From Prolixibacteraceae bacterium (GTDB lineage: Bacteria; Bacteroidota; Bacteroidia; Bacteroidales; Prolixibacteraceae), in assembly GCA_003516705.1 (NCBI GenBank), contig DPCJ01000116.1, forward strand, positions 45,781-109,780: DNA of 64,000 bases. The letters run 5' to 3'. Positions 1-10,396 of the stretch are shown piece after piece. A program made the position numbers and the translations under genes. The notes beneath the pieces were generated by a model. The model saw nothing but the letters and a program-made list of their open reading frames with translations, did not search any database and was not told where the DNA came from. Position 1 is the first letter of the stretch. Every line of letters begins with the position of its first letter.

Positions 1-1
1 A

Positions 2-223
2 AAGAATACCATTTTCAGGGATTTTAAGTTCAAAACCTTTGTTGAGGCATTCTCATTTATGACAGCTATTGCGCTTGAAGCCGAAAAAATGAACCATCAC
101 CCGGATTGGAGCAATTCGTACAATAAAGTGAATATCGTATTAACCAATCACGAAGCCGGCGGTGTAACTCAACCTGATTTAAAACTGGCTGAAATAATTG
201 ACCTTATCCATTCCCGAAAATGA
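2..223 (+). CDS. phhB: Pterin-4-alpha-carbinolamine dehydratase (5' partial)
   Basis: Not in the ORF track. Frame 2 reads ...[47 protein letters not shown]..., with the HHP and HEAGG motifs; stop TGA at 221-223. Confidence 0.88.
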   Translation, partial: KNTIFRDFKFKTFVEAFSFMTAIALEAEKMNHHPDWSNSYNKVNIVLTNHEAGGVTQPDLKLAEIIDLIHSRK

Positions 224-244
224 AATCAGCACAAGTATTTAGCA

Positions 245-282
245 AGTGTGAATGATGTAAGTTTTCCCTGAAATTCTGTAAC
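245..282 (+). promoter_or_regulatory. Island regulon site 1 (upstream of DUF748-like gene)
   Basis: AGTGTGAATGATGTAA-N16-TGTAAC; CATTTTTG at 304-311, 21 nt downstream. Confidence 0.85.
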
Positions 283-318
283 ACTCCATCAAACAAATTG
301 AGGCATTTTTGACTTGAA

Positions 319-1908
319 ATGAAACGAAAAATAGTTTTAAGGATTTTGATAGGGATTGTTGCTATCGCAATATTGGTGCTGCTTTTAACAAAAGTGGTTG
401 TTGAGCCGTGGATAGGGAAAAAGATTCAGGCTTCGTTGAATGAAAATTCAGGTGCTTATCAGGTAGAAATTGAAAAAGTTCATGTTTCAGTCTTTCGTTC
501 AGGAATTGAACTTGAAAACATTACCCTTCATTCGAAACAGGAAAATGATGGACAACCCGGTTTAACAGGAGAAATTGAGTCTGTTAAAATCAAAGGCATT
601 CATCTCATGAAAGCTTTATTCAGAAAAGACTACCATGTCAGGGAAATAGATATTTTCAACAGCCGTATCACAGGGAAAGCCGCATTACAGAAGAAAGCAG
701 GGCCAGCAAAGGTTTCGCCGGTAAATATTAGGATAGAAAACCTGTTTGTTGATAAGCTGTTTGTTAAAGTTAAAGACACATCAACTGCTCAATCTTATGT
801 GGTAAATGATGGCGCTTTTAAAGTATTTGATATCAATATTGAGAAACAGGACACGTTTTCATCGGACATCATTCGTCAGTTCGATTTCGATGCGCCGGAA
901 TTCAAAACGGTTACGGCTGACAGTCTGTACACTTTTACAGTTTTGGGTTTAAACTATTCAGCTGCAACAAATACACTGATGGCTGACAGTTTTGTTGTTC
1001 AGCCAAATTATACAGAATATGGATTCACTGCACAAAATCAATTTCAAACGAATCGCATAGATGCTAATATTAGTGGATTATCTTTTCATAATTTTTCTGT
1101 TGCCGATTATATCAAATCGGGGAACATCACAAGTTCATATATTGAAATCGGGGAATTGGAAATGCAGGTTTTCAAGGATAAACGGAAAGAGTTCAGACAC
1201 ACTGAAAAACCAACATTTCAGGATATGATTTACAATTATCCCGCAGCGATGAACATTGACTCCATCGGTATTTTAAGCGGAAATATTGTTTATACCGAAC
1301 ATTCAGAAAAGGCCATCGAAAAGGGGAGTATCAGTTTTAACGAAATCGATGCCCGGATTTACAAAATTACCAATGACACAATTTACAAAACAGAAAAAGC
1401 CTATTTTGAGTTAAAAGCAAAAGCTTTGCTGATGGGCAAAGGCAAAATCAACCTTACGTTAAAAGCCAGAGTTTTCGACAACCAGAACACATTTGCAATG
1501 AATGGAACACTATCGGGAATGGAGGCTTTGGAATTGAACCCAATTTTGGAGAAAAGCGCATCTATAACTATTACTTCAGGGAGAATAAATACAATGAATT
1601 TCAGCTTTTCAGCAAACAACACGAAAGCAACCGGCAATATGAAACTGCTTTACGAAGGATTGAGTTTTGATATGATGGATAGACAAACCGGAGAAACCAC
1701 CGCTTTAAAAGAGCAGGTAAAATCGTTGATTGCAAATATAATCGTGATTGAATCGAACCCGAGGCCGGGCGAGGAAGTGAGACCTGGAATTATCGAATAT
1801 GAACGTGACCCCGAAAGATTTCTGTTTGGTTATTTTTTCAGATCCCTCTTGTCAGGGATGAAAACAAGTGTCACAAAAGCGAAAAGTCCAAAGAAATTAA
1901 AGAAATAG
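319..1908 (+). CDS. DUF748/AsmA-like membrane-anchored periplasmic protein
   Basis: 529 aa, N-terminal TM anchor, beta-rich body, C-terminal YERDPERFLFGYFFRSLLSG typical of this Bacteroidota family. Confidence 0.6.
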   Translation: MKRKIVLRILIGIVAIAILVLLLTKVVVEPWIGKKIQASLNENSGAYQVEIEKVHVSVFRSGIELENITLHSKQENDGQPGLTGEIESVKIKGIHLMKALFRKDYHVREIDIFNSRITGKAALQKKAGPAKVSPVNIRIENLFVDKLFVKVKDTSTAQSYVVNDGAFKVFDINIEKQDTFSSDIIRQFDFDAPEFKTVTADSLYTFTVLGLNYSAATNTLMADSFVVQPNYTEYGFTAQNQFQTNRIDANISGLSFHNFSVADYIKSGNITSSYIEIGELEMQVFKDKRKEFRHTEKPTFQDMIYNYPAAMNIDSIGILSGNIVYTEHSEKAIEKGSISFNEIDARIYKITNDTIYKTEKAYFELKAKALLMGKGKINLTLKARVFDNQNTFAMNGTLSGMEALELNPILEKSASITITSGRINTMNFSFSANNTKATGNMKLLYEGLSFDMMDRQTGETTALKEQVKSLIANIIVIESNPRPGEEVRPGIIEYERDPERFLFGYFFRSLLSGMKTSVTKAKSPKKLKK

Positions 1909-1995
1909 AAACCCACAAAAATGACTTTTAAATAAGTATTTTTGATTATTGCAAAGGGAGACAGTCGGTGTTTAAATCCTTTAAAAGTATTTGAA

Positions 1996-2721
1996 ATGGG
2001 GAATAACTTAGCAAATAAATTAATCGAAGAAAAGCAATGCAGATTTCACGGGGGATTGTATCACAAAATTCAAGTGAATCTGACCTACAATTCGAACCGT
2101 ATTGAAGGCAGCCGACTCACAGAGGAACAAACCCGCTATATTTTCGAAACCCGCACCATTGGTTTCAAAGACGAGGAAGCGGTTCCCGTGGATGATATTA
2201 TCGAAACAACCAATCATTTTGTAGCATTCGATTATTTGCTTGATACGCTGCACCTGCCATTGTCTGCCGAAATTATCAAAGAGTTTCACCGGATACTGAA
2301 ATCGGGTACTGCCGATGCGCTAAAACCGTGGTTTGCTCTTGGCAACTGGAAAAAATTACCCAACGAGGTTGGTGGCATCGAAACCACAAAACCCGAAAAT
2401 GTAGCAAATAAAATAGAACAACTGAACGAATGGTATTTGAAAAGAGAAAACACCACTTTTGAAACCATTGTGGAATATCATTATCGTTTCGAAAAGATAC
2501 ACCCGTTTCAGGACGGGAATGGCCGTGTCGGGCGTTTAATAATGTTTCGTGAATGTTTGAAGCACGATGTCGTACCATTTATTATTGACGAAACACACAA
2601 ACAGTTTTATTACCGTGGGTTAAAAGAATTTGAACGGGTGCCAGGTTATTTGACAGATACTTGCCGTTCGGCTCAGGACACTTTTCGGCAATGGATAAAT
2701 TATTTCTATCCGGAAGGGTAG
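1996..2721 (+). CDS. Fic family protein
   Basis: Canonical HPFQDGNGRVGR motif and YNSNRIEG motif; ATG at 1996 preferred over TTG at 1942. Confidence 0.9.
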   Translation: MGNNLANKLIEEKQCRFHGGLYHKIQVNLTYNSNRIEGSRLTEEQTRYIFETRTIGFKDEEAVPVDDIIETTNHFVAFDYLLDTLHLPLSAEIIKEFHRILKSGTADALKPWFALGNWKKLPNEVGGIETTKPENVANKIEQLNEWYLKRENTTFETIVEYHYRFEKIHPFQDGNGRVGRLIMFRECLKHDVVPFIIDETHKQFYYRGLKEFERVPGYLTDTCRSAQDTFRQWINYFYPEG

Positions 2722-2746
2722 GGATTGAAAACAAGTTCAGTATTTT

Positions 2747-3724
2747 TTATTTTCCAACAGAATCTTTTTTGGCCGCCTTTTCCTTATCCTTGAAAAACCC
2801 GCGCAATAAAAAATTGTGTTGTGCTGCTTCAAGGTCTTCATCCAACTTTTGAGAACTGCTCTTCAGATTTTTAATCGTTTCTTTTAACCGTGCGCCCGAT
2901 TCTTCATCATAAAGCAAAACGCCAATGGTGCTGTTCGGATTGCTGCTTGCCATTTTCAGATTCGAAACAATTGCTGTTGCCGAATCTGCAATTTGCTGAA
3001 GTTGCAATACAGTTGTTTTTACCGAGTTGAAAATCACTGTATCGGTTGTCAGTTCATTGGCCAGCGTACCTTTTTTATTCAGGTTCGAACTAAAAACTGC
3101 TAGTGAGCCAACCAACTGGTCTGCCTTCGCGGAAGCGCTTTGAAGCGATGCAGTTGCCGCATTAATGTTGGCATACACCGAACTGTCAGCAAGTAATTTG
3201 CCAATAGTTCCTTCACCGGCAGCCAGCGAATTACTGATGGTTTTGAAATCAGCCGTAATCGCTTTGATGTTTACATTGTTTTCCTGAAGCGTATTTATCA
3301 TATCTTCGGAAGTAAAGGTTTTTTCCACTCCCAATGTATCACCTTCCTCTACTTGAGCAAAACTGTCAGTGCCACCATAAATCACAAGGATTTTATTCCC
3401 GATTAAACCATCGCTGCTCAATTTTATCATGGCATCTTTCCGGATATATTGCTGTGTTTTTTTATCGATTTTCAAATGTACTTCCACCTGCGACTTTCCG
3501 TGAAAATCAAGGCTGCTCACCGTCCCAATTTTGACTCCCGAGAACCAGACGTTGTTGCCTTTTTGCAATCCGCCCACATCGTCGAAATGCGAAACGATTT
3601 CCATTTTATTGGTAAATGTTTCGTGCAGGTTGCCAACCATCAGCGTTCCGGCAATCAGAAAGGCAAAGCCCAAAAACACAAAAAGTCCGACGATTACCGC
3701 GCGTTTATTTGGTGATTCTTTCAT
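2747..3724 (-). CDS. mlaD: MlaD/MCE family protein
   Basis: N-terminal TM, MCE motif GLQKGNNVWFSGVKIGTV, helical C-terminus. Confidence 0.88.
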   Translation of the reverse strand: MKESPNKRAVIVGLFVFLGFAFLIAGTLMVGNLHETFTNKMEIVSHFDDVGGLQKGNNVWFSGVKIGTVSSLDFHGKSQVEVHLKIDKKTQQYIRKDAMIKLSSDGLIGNKILVIYGGTDSFAQVEEGDTLGVEKTFTSEDMINTLQENNVNIKAITADFKTISNSLAAGEGTIGKLLADSSVYANINAATASLQSASAKADQLVGSLAVFSSNLNKKGTLANELTTDTVIFNSVKTTVLQLQQIADSATAIVSNLKMASSNPNSTIGVLLYDEESGARLKETIKNLKSSSQKLDEDLEAAQHNFLLRGFFKDKEKAAKKDSVGK

Positions 3725-3727
3725 TTT

Positions 3728-4504
3728 TCATTGTATAAAATTGTAATTATAAAAACCTTTGATATGCTCTTCATCCGATTCAAAAACGTCCTCAAATTTG
3801 CCGTCTTTTATAAATTTGCCTCCAAACAGCATTGCTATCCGGTTACCCGTGTTTTTTGCACAGGTGAGGTCGTGAGTGATGATGACAGAACTTGTATTGT
3901 ATTTTTGCTGAACTTCGTTGATAAGCTCAATGATTTCGGCACTTGTTATAGGATCGAGACCCGAAGTTGGTTCGTCGTACAACATGATTTCGGGTTTCAG
4001 GATTAAGGTGCGTGCAATGCCAATTCTTTTGCGTTGCCCGCCAGAAAGATCGGAGGGCATTTGATTGATTTTATCTTTTAAACCCACCGCGTCCAGAACT
4101 TCATTCACGGCATCGTCGATATCTTTTTTGCTTTGGTTTTTTACATTCATGGTTAACGGAAAAGCAAGGTTCTGATATACATTCATGCTGTCGTACAACG
4201 CACTGTTTTGAAACGAAAATCCAATCCGCAGCCGCAATGTATCCAGCTCAGCACGATCTAATTTATCGACCTGTTTTCCTAACACAAAAACATCACCTTT
4301 GTCGGGTTTTAGCAAACCCACAATTATTTTTATTAAAACCGATTTACCTGAGCCAGATTTGCCGAGAACAGCAACATTTTCGCCCTTAAAAAGATTAAAA
4401 TCAATCCCTTTCAGCACTTTCAGATTGCCGAATGTTTTATGTAATCCCCTGATGGAAATCACCGGTTCTTCTTTCATAATCGTATGTTGTTGTGTTGTTT
4501 CCAT
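3728..4504 (-). CDS. mlaF: MlaF-type ABC ATPase
   Basis: GKSGSGKS, LSGGQ, MLYDEPTSGLDP; start chosen at METTQQ. Confidence 0.88.
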   Translation of the reverse strand: METTQQHTIMKEEPVISIRGLHKTFGNLKVLKGIDFNLFKGENVAVLGKSGSGKSVLIKIIVGLLKPDKGDVFVLGKQVDKLDRAELDTLRLRIGFSFQNSALYDSMNVYQNLAFPLTMNVKNQSKKDIDDAVNEVLDAVGLKDKINQMPSDLSGGQRKRIGIARTLILKPEIMLYDEPTSGLDPITSAEIIELINEVQQKYNTSSVIITHDLTCAKNTGNRIAMLFGGKFIKDGKFEDVFESDEEHIKGFYNYNFIQ

Positions 4505-4508
4505 TTCT

Positions 4509-5303
4509 TTAAAAATATCGAATCCAATTGGAAATCTGCACAAAAAACAGTTCCTCAACAAAAATCAGGAACATGGAAAGCACAACGGCCTGGTTTGCTG
4601 CTTTACCAACGCCGCGTGTCCCCTGCGTGGCGTTGTAACCTTTGTAACTCCCGACAATGCCAATAGTAAAACCATAAGCAATTGATTTGGCTACCGAAGC
4701 AAAAATGTCGAGGAAGCTGATGGATGAAAACGCATTTTGATAATAGGTGAGCAGGCTGCTGGTTTCCTGTGCGTGAACATTGATAAACGAGCCCAGCAAT
4801 CCGAAGAAGCTGCAATACAACGCCAGCAAGGGAATTGTGATGGTAGTGGCCAAAACACGTGTAACCACAAGGTATTTAAACGGATTAATTGCTGAAACTT
4901 CCATTGCCTCAATCTGTTCGGTTACTTTCATCGAGCCAAGTTCGGCGCCTATGCCCGAACCCACTTTGCCGGCACAAATAAGCGCGGTAACCAAAGGTCC
5001 TAAAGCTCTTACAATGGCAATTCCAATTAACGACGGTAGCCACGATGTTGCCCCGAAATCTTCGAGTGAAGGGCGCGACTGTTTTGTAAAAACGATGCCA
5101 ACAATAAAGCCAGTGAGGGTAATTAATGGCAGCGATTTCAAACCTATTTCGAAACACTGGTGAATTACTTCGCGCAGGTGAAAAGGCTTTTTGGAAACCT
5201 CCTTAAAAAATAGCGTTACAAATTTCCAGGCATTGTTAACTCCGGTAAAGTAATCGTCAATACCTTTTGAAAATATGTATTTTTTGGTTTTTGTTTTTTT
5301 CAT
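4509..5303 (-). CDS. mlaE: MlaE-type ABC permease
   Basis: AELGSMKVTEQIEAMEV motif, multiple TM segments. Confidence 0.9.
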   Translation of the reverse strand: MKKTKTKKYIFSKGIDDYFTGVNNAWKFVTLFFKEVSKKPFHLREVIHQCFEIGLKSLPLITLTGFIVGIVFTKQSRPSLEDFGATSWLPSLIGIAIVRALGPLVTALICAGKVGSGIGAELGSMKVTEQIEAMEVSAINPFKYLVVTRVLATTITIPLLALYCSFFGLLGSFINVHAQETSSLLTYYQNAFSSISFLDIFASVAKSIAYGFTIGIVGSYKGYNATQGTRGVGKAANQAVVLSMFLIFVEELFFVQISNWIRYF

Positions 5304-5378
5304 TTCACCGATATGAATTGCAAACCTTAGGGCATTTAATACAGAACCAAAAGAATCGGTTCAATCGAATTAGAAAAA

Positions 5379-5627
5379 TTATTCTTCGATTTTTGGATAA
5401 TCCACATTGTATTTCTCCAGGAGCGAATTCAGTGATTCGTAGTATGACTTCAGATGATTAAGCGTTATTTCCGGATCGTTTTCTGAAGGAACAGTCACCG
5501 GCATTTCTTCCAGATATTTAGATAACTCCGGATGATGATCCTTAATCCTCATGGTAATTTTCAGAATCTTTGAATTCAAATCATTTTCAATTTGTTCATA
5601 ATCTATATGCTTATCAGTCTTTTCCAT
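5379..5627 (-). CDS. Hypothetical protein (82 aa)
   Basis: ATG ORF tightly coupled to its neighbours; PELSKYLEEMPVT motif. Confidence 0.65.
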   Translation of the reverse strand: MEKTDKHIDYEQIENDLNSKILKITMRIKDHHPELSKYLEEMPVTVPSENDPEITLNHLKSYYESLNSLLEKYNVDYPKIEE

Positions 5628-5628
5628 G

Positions 5629-6299
5629 TTACATTTTTTCTGTTGTTATTGCTTTTTCAATTACTCCTAAATTTGCCAGTTGCTTTTTTACTGCGTCAAT
5701 CATGGGAGGTGGGCCACAGATATAAAATTGCTGAGCGAAACCTGTAATATTGGCTTTAAGAAAGTCTTCATCGATTAAACCGTGTGCATATTCACCAGTT
5801 GCTTCGTCAGATAAAATATTGATGAAATTTTCGCCAAGTAATTTTCCAAATTCTGTTTTAAGTATGATGTCTTCTTTGGTTTTATTAGCAAAAATTAGCC
5901 TGTTTGCACCTGTTTCATTTTTCGATTGAAGATATCTGAAGATGCAAATAAACGGAGTAACACCTGCACCTCCGGCAATAAATACCCCTTCTCCTTTGTA
6001 AGCTATTACGCCAAAAACATCGTGCAAAATCAACTCATCATCCTTTTTTAGTTTCAAAAGTTCATTGGTTACACCTTTGTGCGATGGATAGGTTTTGATG
6101 GTAAATTCGAGAAAATCATTGATAGGCAGGGAAGTAAATGAGAAAGGTCTTTTTTCATCCTTCCAACCTGATTTGTTAATTGCAATTTCGGTGCCTGGCC
6201 CGGAGTGAAATTATACTTGGGAGGCTTTTCTGTAACAATTTGCAATACATCAGGAGTGATGTGCTTTATTGATTTGATTTTCACCAGATGTTTTTTCAT
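5629..6299 (-). pseudogene. FAD/NAD-binding oxidoreductase (ferredoxin/flavodoxin reductase family), frameshifted near 6193
   Basis: N-terminal part ends FTPGQA; the shifted frame continues TEIAINKSGWKDEKRPFSFTS...FIAGGAGVTPF...YICGPPPM. Confidence 0.8.
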
Positions 6300-6323
6300 G
6301 GGATAGATAATTTTTCAATTGAA

Positions 6324-6803
6324 TCAACTTGCAGGACTATCAGTTTGATTGATTAAGTAATTCTCTATACCCATTTGTTTAATCTGCGCACGTTGTATTT
6401 CTGCCCAATCAACATGTCCTTCTTCCATTTTCAGAATTTTGGTCAACAGGTCGGCAGTGCCCTGGTCACCAACTTCGCGGGCAAGTTTGATTGCATTGTT
6501 GTAAGCGAGTATAGCATCAAGTTCGTCACCATTGTCGTTGCTAATTATTTCAAGCACTGTCTTGCCAATCTTTATCGGATTAAGTTTCGAAACGGTTGGT
6601 GCACCTTCAAAAAACAGGATGCGCTCAATGAGCCACTCGGCATGGTGCATTTCGTCCATCGCTTGCTTCCTGATTTCCATATGAAGTTTCCCGTAACCCC
6701 AGTTTTCGCACATTTCAGAATGCACCATATACTGGTTAATGGCAGTTAATTCATCTGCCAAAAGCGAATTCAATACTGTAAGTAATTCTTTATTGCCTTT
6801 CAT
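6324..6803 (-). CDS. bfr: Bacterioferritin
   Basis: MKG start, DELTAINQY, DEMHHA (heme Met), EEGH ferroxidase motifs. Confidence 0.93.
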   Translation of the reverse strand: MKGNKELLTVLNSLLADELTAINQYMVHSEMCENWGYGKLHMEIRKQAMDEMHHAEWLIERILFFEGAPTVSKLNPIKIGKTVLEIISNDNGDELDAILAYNNAIKLAREVGDQGTADLLTKILKMEEGHVDWAEIQRAQIKQMGIENYLINQTDSPAS

Positions 6804-6866
6804 TTTGTATGAGTTTTATGAATGAATAATGAAAGGACTAAGTTAGAAGCGGGCAGGATTTGAAGT

Positions 6867-6904
6867 TTTACAGAATTATTGGAAATATTTATATCATTCA
6901 CACA
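6867..6904 (-). promoter_or_regulatory. Island regulon site 2 (bfr operon)
   Basis: + strand TTTACA-N16-TTATATCATTCACACA; TAACTTAG on - strand at 6838-6845. Confidence 0.8.
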
Positions 6905-7073
6905 TTTGCTAAAAGCATTTTTACACCGCAACAAAGTCGCCTCTGAAGTAAACGGCATACAACGTGGTCCCCTTGCCGGAACATCACCTGATGGATAAAA
7001 ACAGGCATAGGTGTCGTTCATTTAAACGATGGTCAGACTTGCCTTATAAGTTGATTTCATCCTGATACCTGGT

Positions 7074-7483
7074 TTATATACTTTGAATAAGATATGTTAT
7101 CAGGAAAACTCCAACTATAAGTAATGATAAAGTAAGAATTATACCAAGTATCGATGATGTATGGAATGTATCAGTGTCTATTTGTCTTTCAACTTTTTTA
7201 TATCTTACAAATGCGAGCAATACAAGTAACATGCCCATACCAACAAGGAATATTCCAATGAAAGCTGGGTATCCTTTTGAAGGAGGAACATACTTCCGGT
7301 TGTTGATGTTTTCAGAATAATTGACATTTGTTTCAAGAACAAGGCAAATTTTTCCACAACAAATCCAAATGCCATTATCCCAATGCTTGTTCTGATCCAG
7401 GCAAGAAATGTCCGTTCATTTGCCATGTGAACGCGGCGGTTACCAACTTTTGCTGATTCCTTATCTTCAATTGTTTCTGGCAT
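7074..7483 (-). pseudogene. DUF202/YidH membrane protein, frameshifted near 7290-7320
   Basis: [12 protein letters not shown] motif; the shifted frame gives two further TM helices ([25 protein letters not shown]...YLIQSI*), stop at 7074. Confidence 0.75.
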
Positions 7484-7499
7484 CGTTCTAACACTGTAT

Positions 7500-8255
7500 T
7501 CAGTTTAAAGCCGTTTCATACCTTTTGGCTACTTCTTCCCAGTTTACAACATTCCAGAATGCATCAATATAATCTGGCCTTTTGTTCTGATATTTCAAAT
7601 AATAAGCATGTTCCCAAACATCCATTACAAGCAGCGGTGTTCCCTTTTTTTCAGCCAAATTCATCAATGGATTATCCTGATTTGGCGTTGAACTGATAAA
7701 AAGTTTGCCTTTATCATCCAAACTGAGCCATGCCCAACCACTGCCAAACCTGGTTTTTCCGGCCTCCGAAAATTGCTTTTTAAACTCATCAAAAGAGGTA
7801 AACGATTTTATGATGGCATCTGATAATTTTCCGGTAGGTGAGCCACCTCCAGAAGCTTTCATGCCTTCCCAATAAAAGGTGTGGTTGAAATAACCGCCAC
7901 CGTTATTTCTGACTGCCACAGGAAAGTTGCTGATATTCCTTAAAATATCCATTATATCCATTGATTCTATTTCCGTGCCCTTAATTGCAGCCATAAAATT
8001 GTCGTAATAGGCTTTATGGTGTTTGCCATAATGGATTTCCAGCGTAAGCTTATCAATAAAAGGTTCAAGGGCATCATAAGAATAGGGTAGCGCCTTAAAT
8101 TCGAATGTGTTTATTGTTTTCATGGTAGATTGAATTTTTGTGGTTTTATTTGATTCTTGATTTTTCTGGGTTTCGGGAGATCGCGCATTTGTAGTGCACT
8201 GAAATCCAAAAATCCCTGATAGGATTATTCCTGCAAGAAAATTTAGCTTTCTCAT
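7500..8255 (-). CDS. sodA: Fe/Mn superoxide dismutase with N-terminal signal-like extension
   Basis: [33 protein letters not shown]. Confidence 0.92.
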   Translation of the reverse strand: MRKLNFLAGIILSGIFGFQCTTNARSPETQKNQESNKTTKIQSTMKTINTFEFKALPYSYDALEPFIDKLTLEIHYGKHHKAYYDNFMAAIKGTEIESMDIMDILRNISNFPVAVRNNGGGYFNHTFYWEGMKASGGGSPTGKLSDAIIKSFTSFDEFKKQFSEAGKTRFGSGWAWLSLDDKGKLFISSTPNQDNPLMNLAEKKGTPLLVMDVWEHAYYLKYQNKRPDYIDAFWNVVNWEEVAKRYETALN

Positions 8256-8310
8256 GGTTTGTCCTCCGGAAATTGTTCTTTGAAATTAAATTGAAGCATC
8301 GACTTATTTT

Positions 8311-9684
8311 TTATAATACGCGCATAAATGCAACCAAACTTGCCTTTTCCTGGGCTGTCAGTCGTAATTCCTGAACGAGGTTGAAGTATTCAACAACATC
8401 TTCCAACGTAAAACATCTGCCGTCGTGCAAATAGGGAGGCGAGTCTTTGATACCTCTCAACGTGAAAGTTTTAATCATACCGTCATGCGCCATCATCATG
8501 CCATTGGCCATTTCCTGTTTATAAAAACGCTCAGCCTTTAAATTGTGCATGTTATTATCGGTGTAGTAGGGGGCAGGATGACATTCAACACATCGTCCCA
8601 TTCCATTGAAAACTGCTTCTCCCTGCAATTCTGCCGGAGTTGCTTTGGTTTTATCCAACGTGCCATAAATATTGAGTTTAGGTGCTGGCGGAAAATCTAA
8701 AATTGCCATGAATTCGGCCATAAAATGAACTTGCGATCCACGATCAAGAATGTTCACTCCCTTTTTTGCAGCCATTACATGGTCGCCATCGAAGTAGGCT
8801 GCCCGCTGTTCGAATTCGGTGAAATCTTCAACAGATTTAAGTCCCCGCTGCGAACCGAAGAGCTGTTGAATACTCACTCCCCGCAAGGATGGAGTTTCTA
8901 TGCGGTGTCTGAATTCCTGCGGCCTAATATCGCCAACCAGGTGGTTTGCCCCGTTGGTGTGTCCGTTTACATGACAATCGAAACAGGTAACACCAAGACT
9001 GGGCCGGTCAGTCCGCCGGTCTTCGGTAGCATTAAACTGTTGCTGCGGGAACTGGGTAACCAGCAATCGTAATCCTTCAAGTTGTTTTGGATTTAAAAGT
9101 CCGTTAAAAATTTCGTAGTAATTATCGATGGTAATTAGCCGGCCTTTCGATACATCACCCAAATCGGGGCGGGTTGTCAGATAAATTGGAGGTGCCTGAT
9201 CGGGCAGAATATGCTCCGGAAGATCAAACTCCAGATCGAAACGAACAAGCCTTGGAAGCGAATCAGTAATCATTAGCGGGAAAAGCATTCCACCCTCGGC
9301 ATGGTCGGCAAAGGGCAGAGGTTTGTACGGAAAAATGTCCTTCGCTTTAATTTCCTCCGGAGTTAACTTATCCAGATTGGCCCAGTTTATACCCTGAAGT
9401 TTAGCGGTAGGCCCCAGTGGTATGGGTTTTCCTCCCGACATGACAACATCCGGAGATGTTTTTTCTGAAAGATCGTACCGGGCAGTCAGCAGCTCATTGT
9501 GTTCTTTGGCACGCTCAGCTTTTACCTTCATCCTGTCAGCTTTAATCTGATCAAAGGTTACATCCTGGTTGACCGGCCCGTAAGAAGAAACAACTTTCGC
9601 TTTCTGAGCGAAAGCAACATTGGCGTTGATGATTAAAATCAATGAAAGGCAAAAATAAATTAGCTTTCTTTTGAACTGTTTCAT
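8311..9684 (-). CDS. Exported di-heme cytochrome c (CCP/MauG-like superfamily)
   Basis: Signal peptide; CFDCH and CVECH; TPSLRG and PYLHDG motifs. Confidence 0.8.
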   Translation of the reverse strand: MKQFKRKLIYFCLSLILIINANVAFAQKAKVVSSYGPVNQDVTFDQIKADRMKVKAERAKEHNELLTARYDLSEKTSPDVVMSGGKPIPLGPTAKLQGINWANLDKLTPEEIKAKDIFPYKPLPFADHAEGGMLFPLMITDSLPRLVRFDLEFDLPEHILPDQAPPIYLTTRPDLGDVSKGRLITIDNYYEIFNGLLNPKQLEGLRLLVTQFPQQQFNATEDRRTDRPSLGVTCFDCHVNGHTNGANHLVGDIRPQEFRHRIETPSLRGVSIQQLFGSQRGLKSVEDFTEFEQRAAYFDGDHVMAAKKGVNILDRGSQVHFMAEFMAILDFPPAPKLNIYGTLDKTKATPAELQGEAVFNGMGRCVECHPAPYYTDNNMHNLKAERFYKQEMANGMMMAHDGMIKTFTLRGIKDSPPYLHDGRCFTLEDVVEYFNLVQELRLTAQEKASLVAFMRVL

Positions 9685-9787
9685 TTTCTAGTCCTACATT
9701 TTAAGCGTAAAAAGTTTATAATTTGTTGTTTAACCAGTTTTTGCGGTATTATCATTTTCTTCAAACTGATGAATGTTATTATCAGCC

Positions 9788-10261
9788 TTACTGACTATCA
9801 ATCTGACTGACCAGATAATTCTCCAGACCCATTTGCTCAATTTGTGCACGTTGTATTTCAGCCCAATCGACATGGCCTTCCTCTTCTTTAAGAATTTTGG
9901 TTAAAAGGTCAACAGTACCTTGGTCTCCAACTTGTCGGGCAAGTATGATTGCCTCGTTGTATTCACTGACAACTTTGAGTTCAGTTTCGTTGTCACTACT
10001 GATCATTTCTGAAACAGTTTTACCAATCTTCATCGGATTAAGTTTGGATACCGTTGGCGAACCGTCAAAGAAAAAGACTCGTTCAATCAACCACTCAGCA
10101 TGATGCATTTCATCCATTGCCTGTTTCCGTATTGCTTTGTGAAGTTTACCGTAACCCCAGTTTGCACACATTTCAGATTGTACCATGTACTGGTTGATAA
10201 CGGTAAGTTCATCTGCCAATAACGAATTCAGGACTGTTAGTAATTCTGTATTGCCTTTCAT
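9788..10261 (-). CDS. bfr: Bacterioferritin (second paralog)
   Basis: Same motifs as, and highly similar to, 6324..6803. Confidence 0.92.
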   Translation of the reverse strand: MKGNTELLTVLNSLLADELTVINQYMVQSEMCANWGYGKLHKAIRKQAMDEMHHAEWLIERVFFFDGSPTVSKLNPMKIGKTVSEMISSDNETELKVVSEYNEAIILARQVGDQGTVDLLTKILKEEEGHVDWAEIQRAQIEQMGLENYLVSQIDSQ

Positions 10262-10324
10262 TTTTATAAAGTATTGATTATGAATTTAGTGCGAACTAAT
10301 TTAGAAGATTATGACACTACAAGT

Positions 10325-10362
10325 GTTACATAACTTTTTTGAAAATTTACATGATTCTCACA
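10325..10362 (-). promoter_or_regulatory. Island regulon site 3 (bfr-diheme-sod)
   Basis: GTTACA-N16-TTACATGATTCTCACA; TAAATTAG on - strand at 10296-10303. Confidence 0.8.
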
Positions 10363-10396
10363 TTTGCATTAATTGCTTCAAAGCTGAGTTATGGCA

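Noticed and set aside
6800-7021. 73-aa ORF upstream of bfr
   Set aside because: Runs across regulon site 2 and its promoter; likely spurious
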